Notes: a model not told the origin generated them from the sequence alone. A stretch of DNA of 31,804 bases from Desulfosporosinus sp. (GCA_016278585.1 JADQBO010000484.1:1-31804); one strand, 5' to 3'; shown: positions 1-9,420, counted from the stretch's first letter. Numbers and translations are program-made.

Positions 1-2432
1 AATTCATCCCCGTTTTCGCGAGTAAATACCTTAACATCAACAATTTTCCCTGCTTCTCCGTGGGGCACTCGTAAGGAAGTATCACGCACCTCGCGTGCCT
101 TTTCTCCGAAGATGGCACGAAGTAAGCGTTCTTCAGCCGTAAGCTCTGTCTCACCCTTGGGGGTTACTTTTCCGACCAAGATATCCCCGGGTCGAACTTC
201 AGCTCCAATTCGAATAATTCCACGTTCATCAAGATCTTTCAAGACATCTTCTCCGACATTTGGAATGTCGCGAGTGATTTCTTCCGGTCCAAGCTTTGTG
301 TCACGAGCATCTGATTCATACTCTTCAATGTGAATAGATGTATAGTAATCCTCTCGAACAAGCTTTTCGCTCAGCAAGATTGCATCCTCGTAGTTATACC
401 CCTCCCAAGTCATGAAGGCTACTAAGACATTACGACCTAAGGCAAGTTCTCCATGGTCTGTCGATGGACCATCCGCAATAATTTGGCTGGCCTCAACTAT
501 CTCACCTTTTTTAACAATGGGTCGCTGGTTTATACAGGTTCCTTGGTTAGAACGAGAATACTTAAGAAGTTTGTGTTTCTCTGTAGTTCCATCTTCGCCA
601 AGGACGATGATCTCGTCCGCAGTCGCTCGCTCCACGACTCCAGCTCGTTTAGTGATTGCACAAACGCCAGAGTCTTTAGCCGTCTTATATTCCATCCCTG
701 TCCCTACATAAGGCGAGTCGGTACGCAAAAGGGGTACAGCCTGTCGTTGCATATTTGAACCCATCAGAGCCCTGTTGGCATCGTCATGCTCTAGGAAGGG
801 TATAAGGGCTGTAGCAATAGAAACCATTTGTTTCGGAGAAACGTCCATATAGTCTACCCGATTTGGGGACACATGCACAAAATCCGGTCCATGTCGCCCA
901 TCGATTTTTTCCCCAAGAAACTTACCATTTTCATCAAGAGGCGCATTAGCTTGTGCCACGATGAATTTTTCTTCTTCATCCGCTGTTAAATAATGAATCT
1001 CATCTGTGACTCTACCGCTCTCCTTATCCGCCATGCGGTAAGGGGCCTCAATAAAGCCATAGGGATTAATACGACCAAATGTACTTAAGGATCCAATCAA
1101 GCCAATGTTTGGGCCTTCCGGTGTCTCTACCGGACACATTCTTCCATAGTGGGAGAAGTGGACGTCACGCACTTCAAAACCTGCACGCTCCCTGCTCAAC
1201 CCTCCAGGTCCTAAGGCACTTAAACGACGCTTATGAGTTAACTCTGCTAACGGATTTGTTTGATCCATAAACTGCGATAACTGGCTGCTACCAAAGAACT
1301 CCTTGATGGCAGCTACAACAGGTCGTATATTAATTAATACTTGAGGAGTAATTACTTCTACATCTTGAATTGTCATCCGTTCGCGTACCACGCGTTCCAT
1401 ACGAGATAATCCAATTCTGAATTGATTCTGTAGAAGTTCCCCAACTGAGCGCAACCTACGATTCCCTAAATGGTCAATGTCATCTTTGTGACCTTCACCC
1501 TCCATTAAGGCAAGCATCCGCTTAACGCTGGCCACAATGTCGCCGCGTGTCAAATGTCGAACCTCCATCGGTGGTAACTCGTCAGGATCTTGGAAATCTC
1601 CTAGTTTCTTATTAAGTTTATAACGACCAACCTTGGCTAAATCATACCGTTTGGCATCAAAGAACAGAGCTTCCAATAATGAACGCGCGCTGTCAACAGT
1701 CGGCGGTTCACCTGGTCTTAATCGTTTATAGATTTCAACTAATGCTTCTTCGGTAGACTCCGAACTGTCCCTTTCCAAGGTAGCACGGATATATTCATTA
1801 TCGTTAAATAGCTCTAATATCTGGCCGTTACTAGCATACCCTAAAGCACGAATAAGAACGGTGCCTGGTAGTTTTCTTGTCCGGTCAACCCTAACAAAAA
1901 TGTTATCATTTACATCCGTTTCAAATTCCAACCATGCTCCACGATTCGGAATAACCGTTGCCCCATAGAGCTTCTTTCCACTCGGATCGATTTGTTCAGC
2001 ATAATAGACTCCTGGCGAGCGAACAAGTTGGCTGACAATAACACGTTCAGCGCCGTTAATAATAAAGGTACCTTTGTCAGTCATTAATGGGAAATCCCCC
2101 ATAAAGACTTCCTGTTCTTTCACTTCCCCAGTTTCCTTGTTGATCAAGCGTACCTTTACACGGAGTGGCGCGGCATATGTAACATCGCGTTCTTTACACT
2201 CCTCCACCTGATATTTAGCTTCCCCAAGGCTATAATCGACAAACTCTAATACGAGATTGCCAGTGAAATCTTGAATCGGCGAAATATCGCGAAACATGTC
2301 GCGTAACCCTTCATCAAGAAACCACCGATAGGAGTTCTGTTGGATTTCAATCAAATTTGGCATGTCGAGAACTTCACGGATTCTAGAGTAACTCCAGCGT
2401 TCCCTCGTTCCGACCTTAACAGGATAGAACAT
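1..2432 (-). CDS. rpoB: DNA-directed RNA polymerase subunit beta, N-terminal ~810 codons (3' end runs off the window)
   Basis: The minus frame is open from ATG 2432..2430 (RBS GAGGGGTGA 7 nt upstream) to position 1. The translation [43 protein letters not shown]... and ...[40 protein letters not shown] is typical RpoB. It is missing from the ORF track only because it is truncated by the window edge. Confidence 0.97.
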   Translation of the reverse strand, partial: MFYPVKVGTRERWSYSRIREVLDMPNLIEIQQNSYRWFLDEGLRDMFRDISPIQDFTGNLVLEFVDYSLGEAKYQVEECKERDVTYAAPLRVKVRLINKETGEVKEQEVFMGDFPLMTDKGTFIINGAERVIVSQLVRSPGVYYAEQIDPSGKKLYGATVIPNRGAWLEFETDVNDNIFVRVDRTRKLPGTVLIRALGYASNGQILELFNDNEYIRATLERDSSESTEEALVEIYKRLRPGEPPTVDSARSLLEALFFDAKRYDLAKVGRYKLNKKLGDFQDPDELPPMEVRHLTRGDIVASVKRMLALMEGEGHKDDIDHLGNRRLRSVGELLQNQFRIGLSRMERVVRERMTIQDVEVITPQVLINIRPVVAAIKEFFGSSQLSQFMDQTNPLAELTHKRRLSALGPGGLSRERAGFEVRDVHFSHYGRMCPVETPEGPNIGLIGSLSTFGRINPYGFIEAPYRMADKESGRVTDEIHYLTADEEEKFIVAQANAPLDENGKFLGEKIDGRHGPDFVHVSPNRVDYMDVSPKQMVSIATALIPFLEHDDANRALMGSNMQRQAVPLLRTDSPYVGTGMEYKTAKDSGVCAITKRAGVVERATADEIIVLGEDGTTEKHKLLKYSRSNQGTCINQRPIVKKGEIVEASQIIADGPSTDHGELALGRNVLVAFMTWEGYNYEDAILLSEKLVREDYYTSIHIEEYESDARDTKLGPEEITRDIPNVGEDVLKDLDERGIIRIGAEVRPGDILVGKVTPKGETELTAEERLLRAIFGEKAREVRDTSLRVPHGEAGKIVDVKVFTRENGDE

Positions 2433-2664
2433 TTACGTTTCACCCCTCAGTGTGGTTTTCTCTCATTGAGGTATTATAATATATTGACATATACAGCCAA
2501 AAGCAAGGCCTTTAAAAGAACCTCGCTTAACTGTTTATGATGTTCCGCTATCATTCCGACAATTTCAAAGAAAATATCTCCTTATTACCTAATTCATGCG
2601 AATCATTACCATAGCATGGGTGGAATAAGTAATAAATTCCATTTAGGCATAGTAACATTTCTAA

Positions 2665-2693
2665 AGTATACCAAAACGAAGGGCCTTTGTCAA
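2665..2693 (-). promoter_or_regulatory. Sigma-A-type promoter for rpoB (TTGACA-17-TATACT with TG extension)
   Basis: The minus strand reads TTGACAaaggcccttcgttttggTATACT. The -35 is at 2693..2688 and the -10 at 2670..2665, with a 17-nt spacer and TG at -15/-14. It lies about 230 nt upstream of the rpoB ATG. Confidence 0.5.
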
Positions 2694-2756
2694 GAAATTA
2701 TTTAAGATATTTAAAGCCCATCCAATCTAAAGACTCCAAGGAGGTATCAGCATCTC

Positions 2757-2795
2757 AAATATTAAAGAAGGCACTCTCTATAAGAGAGTACCTTC
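2757..2795 (-). terminator. Rho-independent terminator/attenuator after rplL
   Basis: The minus strand forms GAAGGTACTCTCT-tat-AGAGAGTGCCTTC, a 13-bp stem with one G.U pair, followed by TTTAATATTT. It starts 16 nt after the rplL stop. Confidence 0.6.
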
Positions 2796-2810
2796 ACGTT
2801 TGAAAAACTC

Positions 2811-3188
2811 TTATTTAACTTCGACAGTTGCGCCAGCTTCAGTTAATTTAGCTTTTAAAGCTTCAGCTTCGTCTTTTGAGACTTTCTCTTTAACCGGTTT
2901 TGGAGCGTTGTCTACGAGATCTTTTGCCTCTTTGAGACCAAGACCAGTTGCTTCACGAACTACTTTAATAACACCGATTTTAGAAGCTCCGCAATTCATT
3001 AACATGACATCAAATTCTGTTTTCTCTTCAGCTGCATCAGCTACAGGAGCTGCAGCTCCTCCGCCTACAACTGCTACTGGAGCAGCAGCACTTACGCCAA
3101 ATTCCTCTTCAAAAGCCTTTACGAGTTCAGATAACTCAAGGACGGTTAAACCTTTAACGGTTTCGAGAATTTCATTTACTTTAGACAT
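2811..3188 (-). CDS. rplL: 50S ribosomal protein L7/L12
   Basis: The 125-aa ORF reads [32 protein letters not shown], then an Ala/Gly-rich hinge, then ...[42 protein letters not shown]. This is the classic L7/L12 layout. Confidence 0.97.
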   Translation of the reverse strand: MSKVNEILETVKGLTVLELSELVKAFEEEFGVSAAAPVAVVGGGAAAPVADAAEEKTEFDVMLMNCGASKIGVIKVVREATGLGLKEAKDLVDNAPKPVKEKVSKDEAEALKAKLTEAGATVEVK

Positions 3189-3240
3189 TTTAATTTTCCC
3201 CCTTATTATTATAAAGCATTTTTTTACCTGTAGTTAGCAA

Positions 3241-3768
3241 CTATTGAGCTGCCTTAAGCTTACGCACTTCTTCCAATGCATACCCCATCTTACGGATAGG
3301 CCCTTGGAGAACATTAACCATACCTGCAAGAGGCGCTTGCATGCCGCGCACAACCATAGTGAGTAAGACTTCGCGAGAAGGCAGATCGGCTAGAGCTTTT
3401 ACGCCCTCAGCCCCAATAACTCTTCCTTCTAGTACTCCAGCTTTAATCTGGAATTTCTTTAATTTGTTTGCTTTTGCAAAGTCCATTAATATTTTGGCAG
3501 GAGCGACAGGATCTTCACTAAATGCAAGAGCCGTCGGACCTTTAAGATAGGAATCCAGGCCCTCTACTCCTAGTTCATCAGCCGCGCGACGTACAAGGGT
3601 GTTTTTTAGAACCCGATACTCGACTCCAGCTTTACGTAATTCAGCACGCAATTGCGTTGCCTGGGCTACGGTTAAGCCGCGGTAGTCAGCTAAGACTACC
3701 CCCGAAGATCGTTGGAACTTCTCCTTAATCTCCGAGACTACTAGACTTTTTTCTTCGATGTTAGGCAT
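3241..3768 (-). CDS. rplJ: 50S ribosomal protein L10
   Basis: The ORF track gives 3241..3804, but ATG at 3768 (MPNIEEKSLVVSEIKEKF...) is preceded by GGAAGGAGGT. The content (YRGLTVAQATQLRAELRKAGVEYRVLKNTL) is L10. Confidence 0.95.
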   Translation of the reverse strand: MPNIEEKSLVVSEIKEKFQRSSGVVLADYRGLTVAQATQLRAELRKAGVEYRVLKNTLVRRAADELGVEGLDSYLKGPTALAFSEDPVAPAKILMDFAKANKLKKFQIKAGVLEGRVIGAEGVKALADLPSREVLLTMVVRGMQAPLAGMVNVLQGPIRKMGYALEEVRKLKAAQ

Positions 3769-3932
3769 TCTGTGTACCTCCTTCCATTCAGATAAACTCA
3801 GCAAAAAACCTCCGCGCTAGCAGAGGTTAAGAATGCCAAATGAATATCTATCGGCGTAATCTTCCAACCTCGGCAGGACATTAAGCCTTACGGCACCTGC
3901 TTTCTACAGCGGACATTATTCAATTCCTGATA
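3769..3932 (-). promoter_or_regulatory. rplJ (L10) leader RNA with terminator-like attenuator hairpin
   Basis: This is a ~160-nt untranslated leader between the promoter and the rplJ RBS. It ends with AACCTC-tgctagcgcg-GAGGTT followed by TTTTTGC (plus-strand coordinates 3802..3829). Its position and architecture match the known L10-L12 autoregulatory leader of Firmicutes. No covariance model was run. Confidence 0.55.
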
Positions 3933-3961
3933 AGTCTATCTCATTTGTCGAACATTGTCAA
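3933..3961 (-). promoter_or_regulatory. Sigma-A-type promoter for rplJ-rplL (TTGACA-17-TAGACT)
   Basis: The minus strand reads TTGACAatgttcgacaaatgagaTAGACT, located immediately after the rplA stop. Confidence 0.45.
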
Positions 3962-3972
3962 GAGCATCTTAT

Positions 3973-4665
3973 TTAGAGGGCTTTTGCAGGGTTGATGCGT
4001 ACGCCAGGTCCCATCGTTGAAGACACCGTGACACTCCGCATGAACTGACCCTTAGCAGCAGCAGGTTTAGCCTTAAGCAAGGTCTCCCCTAATACATGAT
4101 AGTTCTCTAACAGCTGTTCTACACTAAATGAAGCTTTGCCGATTGGAGCATGTATAATACCCGCTTTATCCGCACGGTATTCAATCTTACCAGCCTTGAT
4201 TTCTTTGATCGCACGAGTTACATCGAGGGTAACAGTTCCAGTTTTCGGGTTAGGCATAAGTCCTTTGGGTCCCAAAACTCGACCCAGCTTACCGACCATT
4301 CCCATCATGTCTGGTGTGGCAACAACTACTTCAAAGCCAAACCAACCTTGCTCAATCTTAGCAATCATGTCTTCAGCTCCGACAAAGTCCGCTCCCGCTA
4401 ACTCTGCTTCCTTAGCCTTCTCCCCTTTGGCAAATACCAACACCGATCGGGTTTTTCCTGTCCCATTCGGGAGCACAATAGCACCACGAATTTGTTGGTC
4501 CGCATGACGGGTATCAATGCCCAATTTAAAAGCAGCTTCTACGGTCTCATCGAACTTAGCTTTAGCGTTAGCTTTTACGATTGATAAAGCCTCTGTTGGT
4601 TCGTGGAGCGTTGAACGATCAAATGATTTTACAGCCTCTTGATACTTTTTGCCTACTTTAGCCAT
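3973..4665 (-). CDS. rplA: 50S ribosomal protein L1
   Basis: ATG at 4665 ([18 protein letters not shown]...) has the RBS AAGGAGGT upstream. The longer track ORF that starts at 4707 lacks an RBS. The content ([26 protein letters not shown]) is L1. Confidence 0.95.
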   Translation of the reverse strand: MAKVGKKYQEAVKSFDRSTLHEPTEALSIVKANAKAKFDETVEAAFKLGIDTRHADQQIRGAIVLPNGTGKTRSVLVFAKGEKAKEAELAGADFVGAEDMIAKIEQGWFGFEVVVATPDMMGMVGKLGRVLGPKGLMPNPKTGTVTLDVTRAIKEIKAGKIEYRADKAGIIHAPIGKASFSVEQLLENYHVLGETLLKAKPAAAKGQFMRSVTVSSTMGPGVRINPAKAL

Positions 4666-4715
4666 TCTATTAACCTCCTTGTGGTAATGCGGGCTTAGCC
4701 CTCCCACAGTATTTA

Positions 4716-5144
4716 TTAACCTTCAACAACGTCGATTCCCATGCTCCGCGCAGTTCCTTCAATCATGCGCATTGCTGCCTCGATGCTTGCTGCATTTAAG
4801 TCCTTCATCTTAATATCCGCGATTTCGCGTATTTTTGACTGAGGAACAGCCGCAACCTTTTTACGGTTCGGCTCAGCAGAGCCCGAATTAATATTAGCAG
4901 CTTTTTTAAGTAATACTGCTGCTGGCGGAGTTTTTGTAATAAAGGTAAAGGAGCGGTCTTCGTACACAGTTATTTCGACAGGAATAATAAGCCCCGCTTG
5001 ATCCTTTGTACGCTCATTGTACTCCTTGCAAAACGCCATAATATTAACCCCGTGCTGACCCAAAGCCGGACCAACCGGAGGTGCAGGTGTTGCCTTTCCC
5101 GCATTGATCGCTAATTTTACCAATCCAATTACTTTCTTTGCCAT
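4716..5144 (-). CDS. rplK: 50S ribosomal protein L11
   Basis: The sequence [43 protein letters not shown] is L11. The start is either ATG 5144 (better spacing to GGGGGTG) or ATG 5150. Confidence 0.95.
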   Translation of the reverse strand: MAKKVIGLVKLAINAGKATPAPPVGPALGQHGVNIMAFCKEYNERTKDQAGLIIPVEITVYEDRSFTFITKTPPAAVLLKKAANINSGSAEPNRKKVAAVPQSKIREIADIKMKDLNAASIEAAMRMIEGTARSMGIDVVEG

Positions 5145-5176
5145 TGTCATTACACCCCCTTGTTAGGATAACCCTA

Positions 5177-5704
5177 TTAGTCTAGTTTTTGAACCTGTGT
5201 AAACTCAAGTTCCACGGGAGTCTCTCTTCCAAACATAGATACCTCAACCCGCAGTTTGCCTTTATCGGCCAGGATTTCCCGAACTACTCCAACAAAGTCT
5301 TTGAACGGACCAGCGATAACTTGGACACTCTGATTAACTTCAAAATCAATCCGCGTTTGAATCTCGTCCATTCCCATTTGTTTAAGAATCGCGACAACCT
5401 CGTTGTCCAATAACGGAATCGGTTTAGTTCCAGAGCCAACAAATCCAGTGACTCCAGGAGTATTACGTACAACATACCACGAATCATCCGTCATTTCCAT
5501 TTCTACAAGTACGTAACCTGGATATACCTTGCGCTTGGTGATTTTCTGTTTGCCGTTTTTAAACTCGATTTCATCTTCCATCGGGACGAGCACACGAAAA
5601 ATCTTCTCTTCCATATTCATGGACTCTACGCGTTTTTCGAGATTCATCTTCACCTTATTCTCATAGCCAGAATAGGTATGAATCACAAACCAATCTTTTG
5701 CCAT
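5177..5704 (-). CDS. nusG: Transcription termination/antitermination factor NusG
   Basis: The 175-aa ORF begins MAKDWFVIHTYSGYENKVKMNLEKR and contains ...PGYVLVEM... It has a C-terminal KOW region (VIAGPFKDFVGVVREI) and sits in the conserved secE-nusG-rplK position. Confidence 0.96.
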   Translation of the reverse strand: MAKDWFVIHTYSGYENKVKMNLEKRVESMNMEEKIFRVLVPMEDEIEFKNGKQKITKRKVYPGYVLVEMEMTDDSWYVVRNTPGVTGFVGSGTKPIPLLDNEVVAILKQMGMDEIQTRIDFEVNQSVQVIAGPFKDFVGVVREILADKGKLRVEVSMFGRETPVELEFTQVQKLD

Positions 5705-5743
5705 TTCTCAGGGACCTCCTCAGACACTGCCGTAGTTCATATG

Positions 5744-5965
5744 TTAGGGCAGTAGCATGGTCAAGGCTGCGCTTAAACCGCTATCAACTATCCACATTAG
5801 AATGGATACAATCGCTACTGCAATAAACACAACTCCTGTGTAAGTTAGCAACTGTCTGCGGCTCGGCCAATGAACTTTCTTGAGTTCACTCAAAACCCCA
5901 CGGAAATACTCCATCGCCTTTTCTTTCTGTCGCTGAGTATTGGCCGGTTTCTTCAACTCGCCCAT
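5744..5965 (-). CDS. secE: Preprotein translocase subunit SecE
   Basis: This small ORF has a basic N-terminus, the motif FRGVLSELKKVHWPSRRQL and a single C-terminal TM helix (TYTGVVFIAVAIVSILMWIV). It lies between rpmG and nusG. The start is uncertain: GTG 5968, ATG 5965 or the internal ATG at MEYFRG. Confidence 0.85.
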   Translation of the reverse strand: MGELKKPANTQRQKEKAMEYFRGVLSELKKVHWPSRRQLLTYTGVVFIAVAIVSILMWIVDSGLSAALTMLLP

Positions 5966-6048
5966 CACTTCACATCCTTACAGACATCCATGTCATCGAC
6001 TCCGTGACAACGCCCCCTGGCGTTTATCTAAACTAGTGCAAAAAAAAA

Positions 6049-6198
6049 TTACTTTGTTTCCTTATGCAGAGTATGGCTCTTGCAAAACTTACAAAACTTT
6101 TGAGTTTCCAAGCGATCTGGGTTATTTTTCTTATTTTTCATAGTAGCATAGTTACGGTGCTTGCAATCCGTACACGCTAAAATAATGCCAACACGCAT
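6049..6198 (-). CDS. rpmG: 50S ribosomal protein L33 (Zn-ribbon, C+ form)
   Basis: This 49-aa ORF is too short to appear in the ORF track. It reads [49 protein letters not shown]. The RBS GGGAGGTG lies 6 nt upstream, and it carries CxxC...CxxC. Confidence 0.9.
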   Translation of the reverse strand: MRVGIILACTDCKHRNYATMKNKKNNPDRLETQKFCKFCKSHTLHKETK

Positions 6199-6251
6199 TC
6201 ACGAACACCTCCCGACGGTAGGACGCTGTATTTTTATCCATTACTCAAAAT

Positions 6252-6280
6252 ACTTTATCATAAGATAATTTCACTGTCAA
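6252..6280 (-). promoter_or_regulatory. Candidate sigma-A promoter for rpmG-secE-nusG (TTGACA-17-TAAAGT)
   Basis: The minus strand reads TTGACAgtgaaattatcttatgaTAAAGT, about 55 nt upstream of the rpmG ATG and just after the tRNA terminator. Confidence 0.4.
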
Positions 6281-6296
6281 GGAAATTTATCTTATA

Positions 6297-6319
6297 ACAA
6301 AAAAGACAGCGTTGCTGTC
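6297..6319 (-). terminator. Rho-independent terminator after the tRNA pair
   Basis: The minus strand forms GACAGC-aac-GCTGTC followed by TTTTTTGTT, directly after the CCA end of tRNA-fMet. Confidence 0.6.
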
Positions 6320-6327
6320 TATCTAAT

Positions 6328-6402
6328 TGGTTGCGGGGGCCGGATTTGAACCGACGACCTTCGGGTTATGAGCCCGACGAGCTGCCACTGCTCCACCCCG
6401 CG
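6328..6402 (-). tRNA. Initiator tRNA-fMet (anticodon CAU)
   Basis: The minus strand reads CGCGGGGTGGAGCAGTGGCAGCTCGTCGGGCTCATAACCCGAAGGTCGTCGGTTCAAATCCGGCCCCCGCAACCA. It has a C1:A72 mismatch, three G-C pairs closing the anticodon stem (GGG/CCC), GTTCAAATC in the T-loop and an encoded CCA. Confidence 0.9.
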
Positions 6403-6504
6403 ACATTACCTGTTAAGTTTTCCTAAGTGATTGCTATCTATGCAAAGAATACCACCAGCAATAAATCATGTGCAACGACTCGCCTTACAATCTTCGTTAC
6501 TGTT

Positions 6505-6580
6505 TGGAGCCGACGGCAGGACTCGAACCTGTAACCTGCTGATTACAAATCAGCTGCTCTACCAATTGAGCTACGTCGGC
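6505..6580 (-). tRNA. tRNA-Thr (anticodon UGU)
   Basis: The minus strand reads GCCGACGTAGCTCAATTGGTAGAGCAGCTGATTTGTAATCAGCAGGTTACAGGTTCGAGTCCTGCCGTCGGCTCCA. It folds as a cloverleaf by hand, with anticodon stem GCTGA/TCAGC, loop TTTGTAA and an encoded CCA. Confidence 0.9.
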
Positions 6581-6684
6581 ATTTATTCTTCGGGTGCAAC
6601 CCTTATTACCTTCAAGGCACTTACGTAGTTTAACACTTCTTTTTTGATAATGCAAGCCTTTTACGAAAGAAGGTTTATGTAAAA

Positions 6685-7335
6685 TTATCCATCGCGTCTC
6701 TCGAGATATCGTTCGAGCTTCCTCTTAACTCTCTGCAACGCATTATCGATTGATTTTACATGTCTTCTCAAATCAACGGCAATCTCCTGATAGGATTTAC
6801 CTTCCAAGTAGGACATGAGTACTTTCCATTCCAAAGAACTGAGTATTTCACCCATCTTTTCTTCAATGTCGTCAAATTCTTCCCGACTAATAATTAGTTC
6901 TTCAGGGTCTGTAATTCGGGTTCCTGATATTACATCGAGAAGCGTTCGATCAGAATCTTCGTCATAAATAGGCTTATTCAAAGAAACATATGAGTTTAAG
7001 GGAATGTGTTTCTGCCTTGTCGCAGTTTTAATTGCAGTAATTATCTGACGTGTAATGCATAATTCAGCAAATGCTCTAAAGGAGGAGAGTTTATCTCCAC
7101 GAAAATCTCGAATTGCCTTATAGAGTCCAATCATGCCCTCTTGAATAATATCTTCGCGATCAGCACCAATAAGAAAGTAAGAACGTGCTTTAGCTCTAAC
7201 AAAGTTTTTATACTTATTGATTAGGTATTCCAGTGCTGTAGCGTCGCCTTCTTTGGCAAGCTCAACCACCTCTTCATCCACGATAACGTCGATGATTTCG
7301 CACTCCGGTAATTCTGGTTGGGCTTGAAGAGTCAA
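6685..7335 (-). CDS. sigH: RNA polymerase sigma factor SigH (sigma-30 family)
   Basis: The sequence ALEYLINKYKNFVRAKARSYFLIGADREDIIQEGMIGLYKAIRDFRGDKLSSFRAFAELCITRQIITAIKTATRQKH and the C-terminal HTH (SYQEIAVDLRRHVKSIDNALQRVKRKL) are typical SigH. The track ORF starts at TTG 7374 with no RBS. TTG 7335 follows AGGGGGGAT and gives about 216 aa. Confidence 0.9.
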   Translation of the reverse strand: MTLQAQPELPECEIIDVIVDEEVVELAKEGDATALEYLINKYKNFVRAKARSYFLIGADREDIIQEGMIGLYKAIRDFRGDKLSSFRAFAELCITRQIITAIKTATRQKHIPLNSYVSLNKPIYDEDSDRTLLDVISGTRITDPEELIISREEFDDIEEKMGEILSSLEWKVLMSYLEGKSYQEIAVDLRRHVKSIDNALQRVKRKLERYLERRDG

Positions 7336-7407
7336 GTTGATCCCCCCTACTATGTCGTCATGAAGAAGACGCAATCTCGGCTAGCCCTCGTCCACGAGAA
7401 CATCCTC

Positions 7408-7437
7408 ATTATACTCGACCCTAAAGAAAAGCGTCAA
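7408..7437 (-). promoter_or_regulatory. Sigma-A-type promoter for sigH (TTGACG-18-TATAAT)
   Basis: The minus strand reads TTGACGcttttctttagggtcgagTATAAT, in the 178-nt rlmB-sigH spacer. Confidence 0.5.
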
Positions 7438-7552
7438 GGCGAAGTTTTGGTTGTTCTGTCGCTATTCGCAAAGTTCGAAGCTCTAAGACCAGACATAAGG
7501 TCCGAAATACACGAAAGGGAACTTTCCCAAGTTGCAATATCCTGCCCATACC

Positions 7553-8311
7553 TCATGTATCTAACCTCGAATTTGTTCTTTGTCTAAGCACTTCATAAAG
7601 CATGATCGATCCTGCAACGCTCGCGTTTAAAGATGCGACCTTCCCCTTCATAGGTAAACTCACAAGCTCGTCACAATTTTCTCGGAGTAAACGGCTTATG
7701 CCCTTCCCTTCACTACCAATGACGATGACCCTTGGGCCAGTGAGATCTGCTTCAAAAGCATCTTTCCCTCCAGCTTCAGCTCCAGACACCCAACACCCCT
7801 TCTTCTTTAACTCTTTCAAAGTTTGAACCAAATTACTTACTCGAGCTACCAAAACATGCTCGACAGCACCAGCGGATGTTTTGGCTACCGTTCCCGTTAA
7901 GGTAACGCTGCGCCGCTTGGGGATAATAACACCGTGGGCTCCAACAGCATCTACTGTTCTTAACAAGGCACCCAGATTATGAGGGTCCTCTATCTCATCG
8001 AGCATCAAGATAAAGGGGGCTTCTTGCCGCTCCTCAGCCAAGGAAAGTAGATCATCCACCTCGGCGTAATCTCTGGCAGCGATATAGGCCAACATACCCT
8101 GATGCCGCTCACGATTTGTTAACCGATCAAGGGTCTGACGATCCACAAATTGGTAAGGAATACTACGTTCATGTAATAATGACATAATGTCTTGATTCCG
8201 GCCACCGGGCCCTTCCGTGATAAGAAGCACTTTATTAACGGGTTTTCCGCTTCGTAAAAGTTCTACCACAGGATTTTTTCCATAAACTATTTCATCGTTC
8301 AAGTAGTTCAC
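7553..8311 (-). CDS. rlmB: 23S rRNA (guanosine-2'-O-)-methyltransferase RlmB (SpoU/TrmH family; YacO-like)
   Basis: The 252-aa ORF has an N-terminal IVYGKNPVVELLRSG substrate-binding domain and SpoU motifs (LDEIEDPHNLGALLRTVDAVGAHGVI, VIGSEGKGISRL, SLNASVAGSIMLYE). Its GTG start overlaps the thyX stop (GTGA). Confidence 0.9.
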   Translation of the reverse strand: MNYLNDEIVYGKNPVVELLRSGKPVNKVLLITEGPGGRNQDIMSLLHERSIPYQFVDRQTLDRLTNRERHQGMLAYIAARDYAEVDDLLSLAEERQEAPFILMLDEIEDPHNLGALLRTVDAVGAHGVIIPKRRSVTLTGTVAKTSAGAVEHVLVARVSNLVQTLKELKKKGCWVSGAEAGGKDAFEADLTGPRVIVIGSEGKGISRLLRENCDELVSLPMKGKVASLNASVAGSIMLYEVLRQRTNSRLDT

Positions 8312-8985
8312 TTCTTTCCTTCGAGGGTTTTTAATCTACCACAGCTGTAGGTACCTTGACGACAGACTTTCTGAGTTACACAGGAGGGACCCGCTTCACT
8401 GAATAGATTAGGAGCCACACTACGTACTAACTCCAACATTTTTTCCGCTAGAAATCGAATCTCCCATTGGGCTCTAACACAAGTACGATGTTCAAAAAAA
8501 TTTAATAAGGATCGAGCGTTAAATGTTGCCATCAAAGAGGTTGTGCAGGCATTCGGTAAGACATAGCGAGCATCCTCTGCAGGCACACAATTTAAGAGTT
8601 CTCGATAATCTTCCTGTAGACGCGCCATAACCGTTTCAAATCGCTCTAATGCCTCAAGATCTCGGTGAATACTCGGGGGAATGACAAACTCGAACCCTTT
8701 CTCTTCAACATAGCGCTGGGAGCGCTGAGAGTAACTTGCAATTCGGTGACGTACCAGTTGATGAGATAACGCTCTTGAGACTCCATCTATCGAAAACTGA
8801 AAACTAACATGCTCAAAAGGAGAAAGATGACCCATCTCTTGAAGTTTTCGGACGAAACTCGCCACCCTCTCTTCATCTAATCGTTCACTCAACTCCGGTA
8901 CTGAGTCCGACGAATAGCATAGTCGGGCTGCAGCAGCTACTACTTTTTCCGGGTCTGGCGTGTGCTGAATAAGATCTACTTTCAT
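8308..8985 (-). CDS. thyX: FAD-dependent thymidylate synthase ThyX
   Basis: The ThyX signature RHRIASYSQRSQRY (RHRxxSxxxxSxR) is present. ATG 8985 (MKVDLIQHTPDPEK) follows GGGAGGAGG. The track ORF extends to 9015. Confidence 0.92.
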   Translation of the reverse strand: MKVDLIQHTPDPEKVVAAAARLCYSSDSVPELSERLDEERVASFVRKLQEMGHLSPFEHVSFQFSIDGVSRALSHQLVRHRIASYSQRSQRYVEEKGFEFVIPPSIHRDLEALERFETVMARLQEDYRELLNCVPAEDARYVLPNACTTSLMATFNARSLLNFFEHRTCVRAQWEIRFLAEKMLELVRSVAPNLFSEAGPSCVTQKVCRQGTYSCGRLKTLEGKK

Positions 8986-9027
8986 TGCAAGGTCCTCCTC
9001 CCTTCTCTTTCTCATGAATAATAACGT

Positions 9028-9420
9028 TTATTCAGCCAGTTCTTCATGCACAAGCATTTGGTCCACTTTAGCGAACGCCCACCCCATGCGATCAGTTTTT
9101 CCACATAATTGCCAATAACCAACTAGGCTTTCAAACGCTGTTGCATGACGGTAGGTCACAACATCTACGTTCTTGGGATGCCCCCCCTTAGTATTTCGCC
9201 CCCGCATTACAACCTGCAGTTCTATCTCGTCAAGATCGGGTAAAAGAACATGTAAGACCTGAGCTTGGGTACTTGCACGAACATAGCTTATAGCCTGCTT
9301 ATGTAACTCCTTAACCTTTTCATGCCCCAGTTCCAGTAGGTGGGTTCGAACCCAAAGTTCATAGACTGCATCTCCCAAATACGCTAGGGTTAAGGCATTC
9401 ATTTCCTGCCAATTTCTCAT
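9028..9420 (-). CDS. mrnC: Mini-ribonuclease III (MrnC/YazC)
   Basis: The motif LAYLGDAVYELWVRTHLL (RNase III-like catalytic motif) is present, and the gene sits in the conserved position after cysS. ATG 9420 follows GAAGGGTGA. The alternative start TTG 9435 abuts the cysS stop. Confidence 0.88.
   Translation of the reverse strand: MRNWQEMNALTLAYLGDAVYELWVRTHLLELGHEKVKELHKQAISYVRASTQAQVLHVLLPDLDEIELQVVMRGRNTKGGHPKNVDVVTYRHATAFESLVGYWQLCGKTDRMGWAFAKVDQMLVHEELAE

Noticed and set aside
112-1270. Plus-strand ORFs from the supplied track (112..333, 412..711, 453..758, 1079..1270) inside the rpoB region
   Set aside because: They are antisense shadows of the highly conserved rpoB frame. Their translations are Ser/Arg/Pro-rich and low in complexity, and they have no RBS.
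2800-3237. 145-aa plus-strand ORF opposite rplL
   Set aside because: It is a mirror frame of the Ala/Gly/Glu-rich L7/L12 gene, which gives an Ala/Ser/Thr-rich translation. Antisense ORFs opposite such genes are expected by chance.
4136-4507. 123-aa and 83-aa plus-strand ORFs opposite rplA
   Set aside because: They are antisense to a ribosomal protein gene, with no RBS and no family resemblance.
6431-6628. 65-aa plus-strand ORF spanning the tRNA-Thr locus
   Set aside because: It is composed largely of the complement of a tRNA gene, so it is not coding.
7318-7587. 89-aa plus-strand ORF across the sigH promoter region
   Set aside because: It overlaps the sigH 5' end, the sigH promoter and the rlmB 3' end on the opposite strand. 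It has no RBS.
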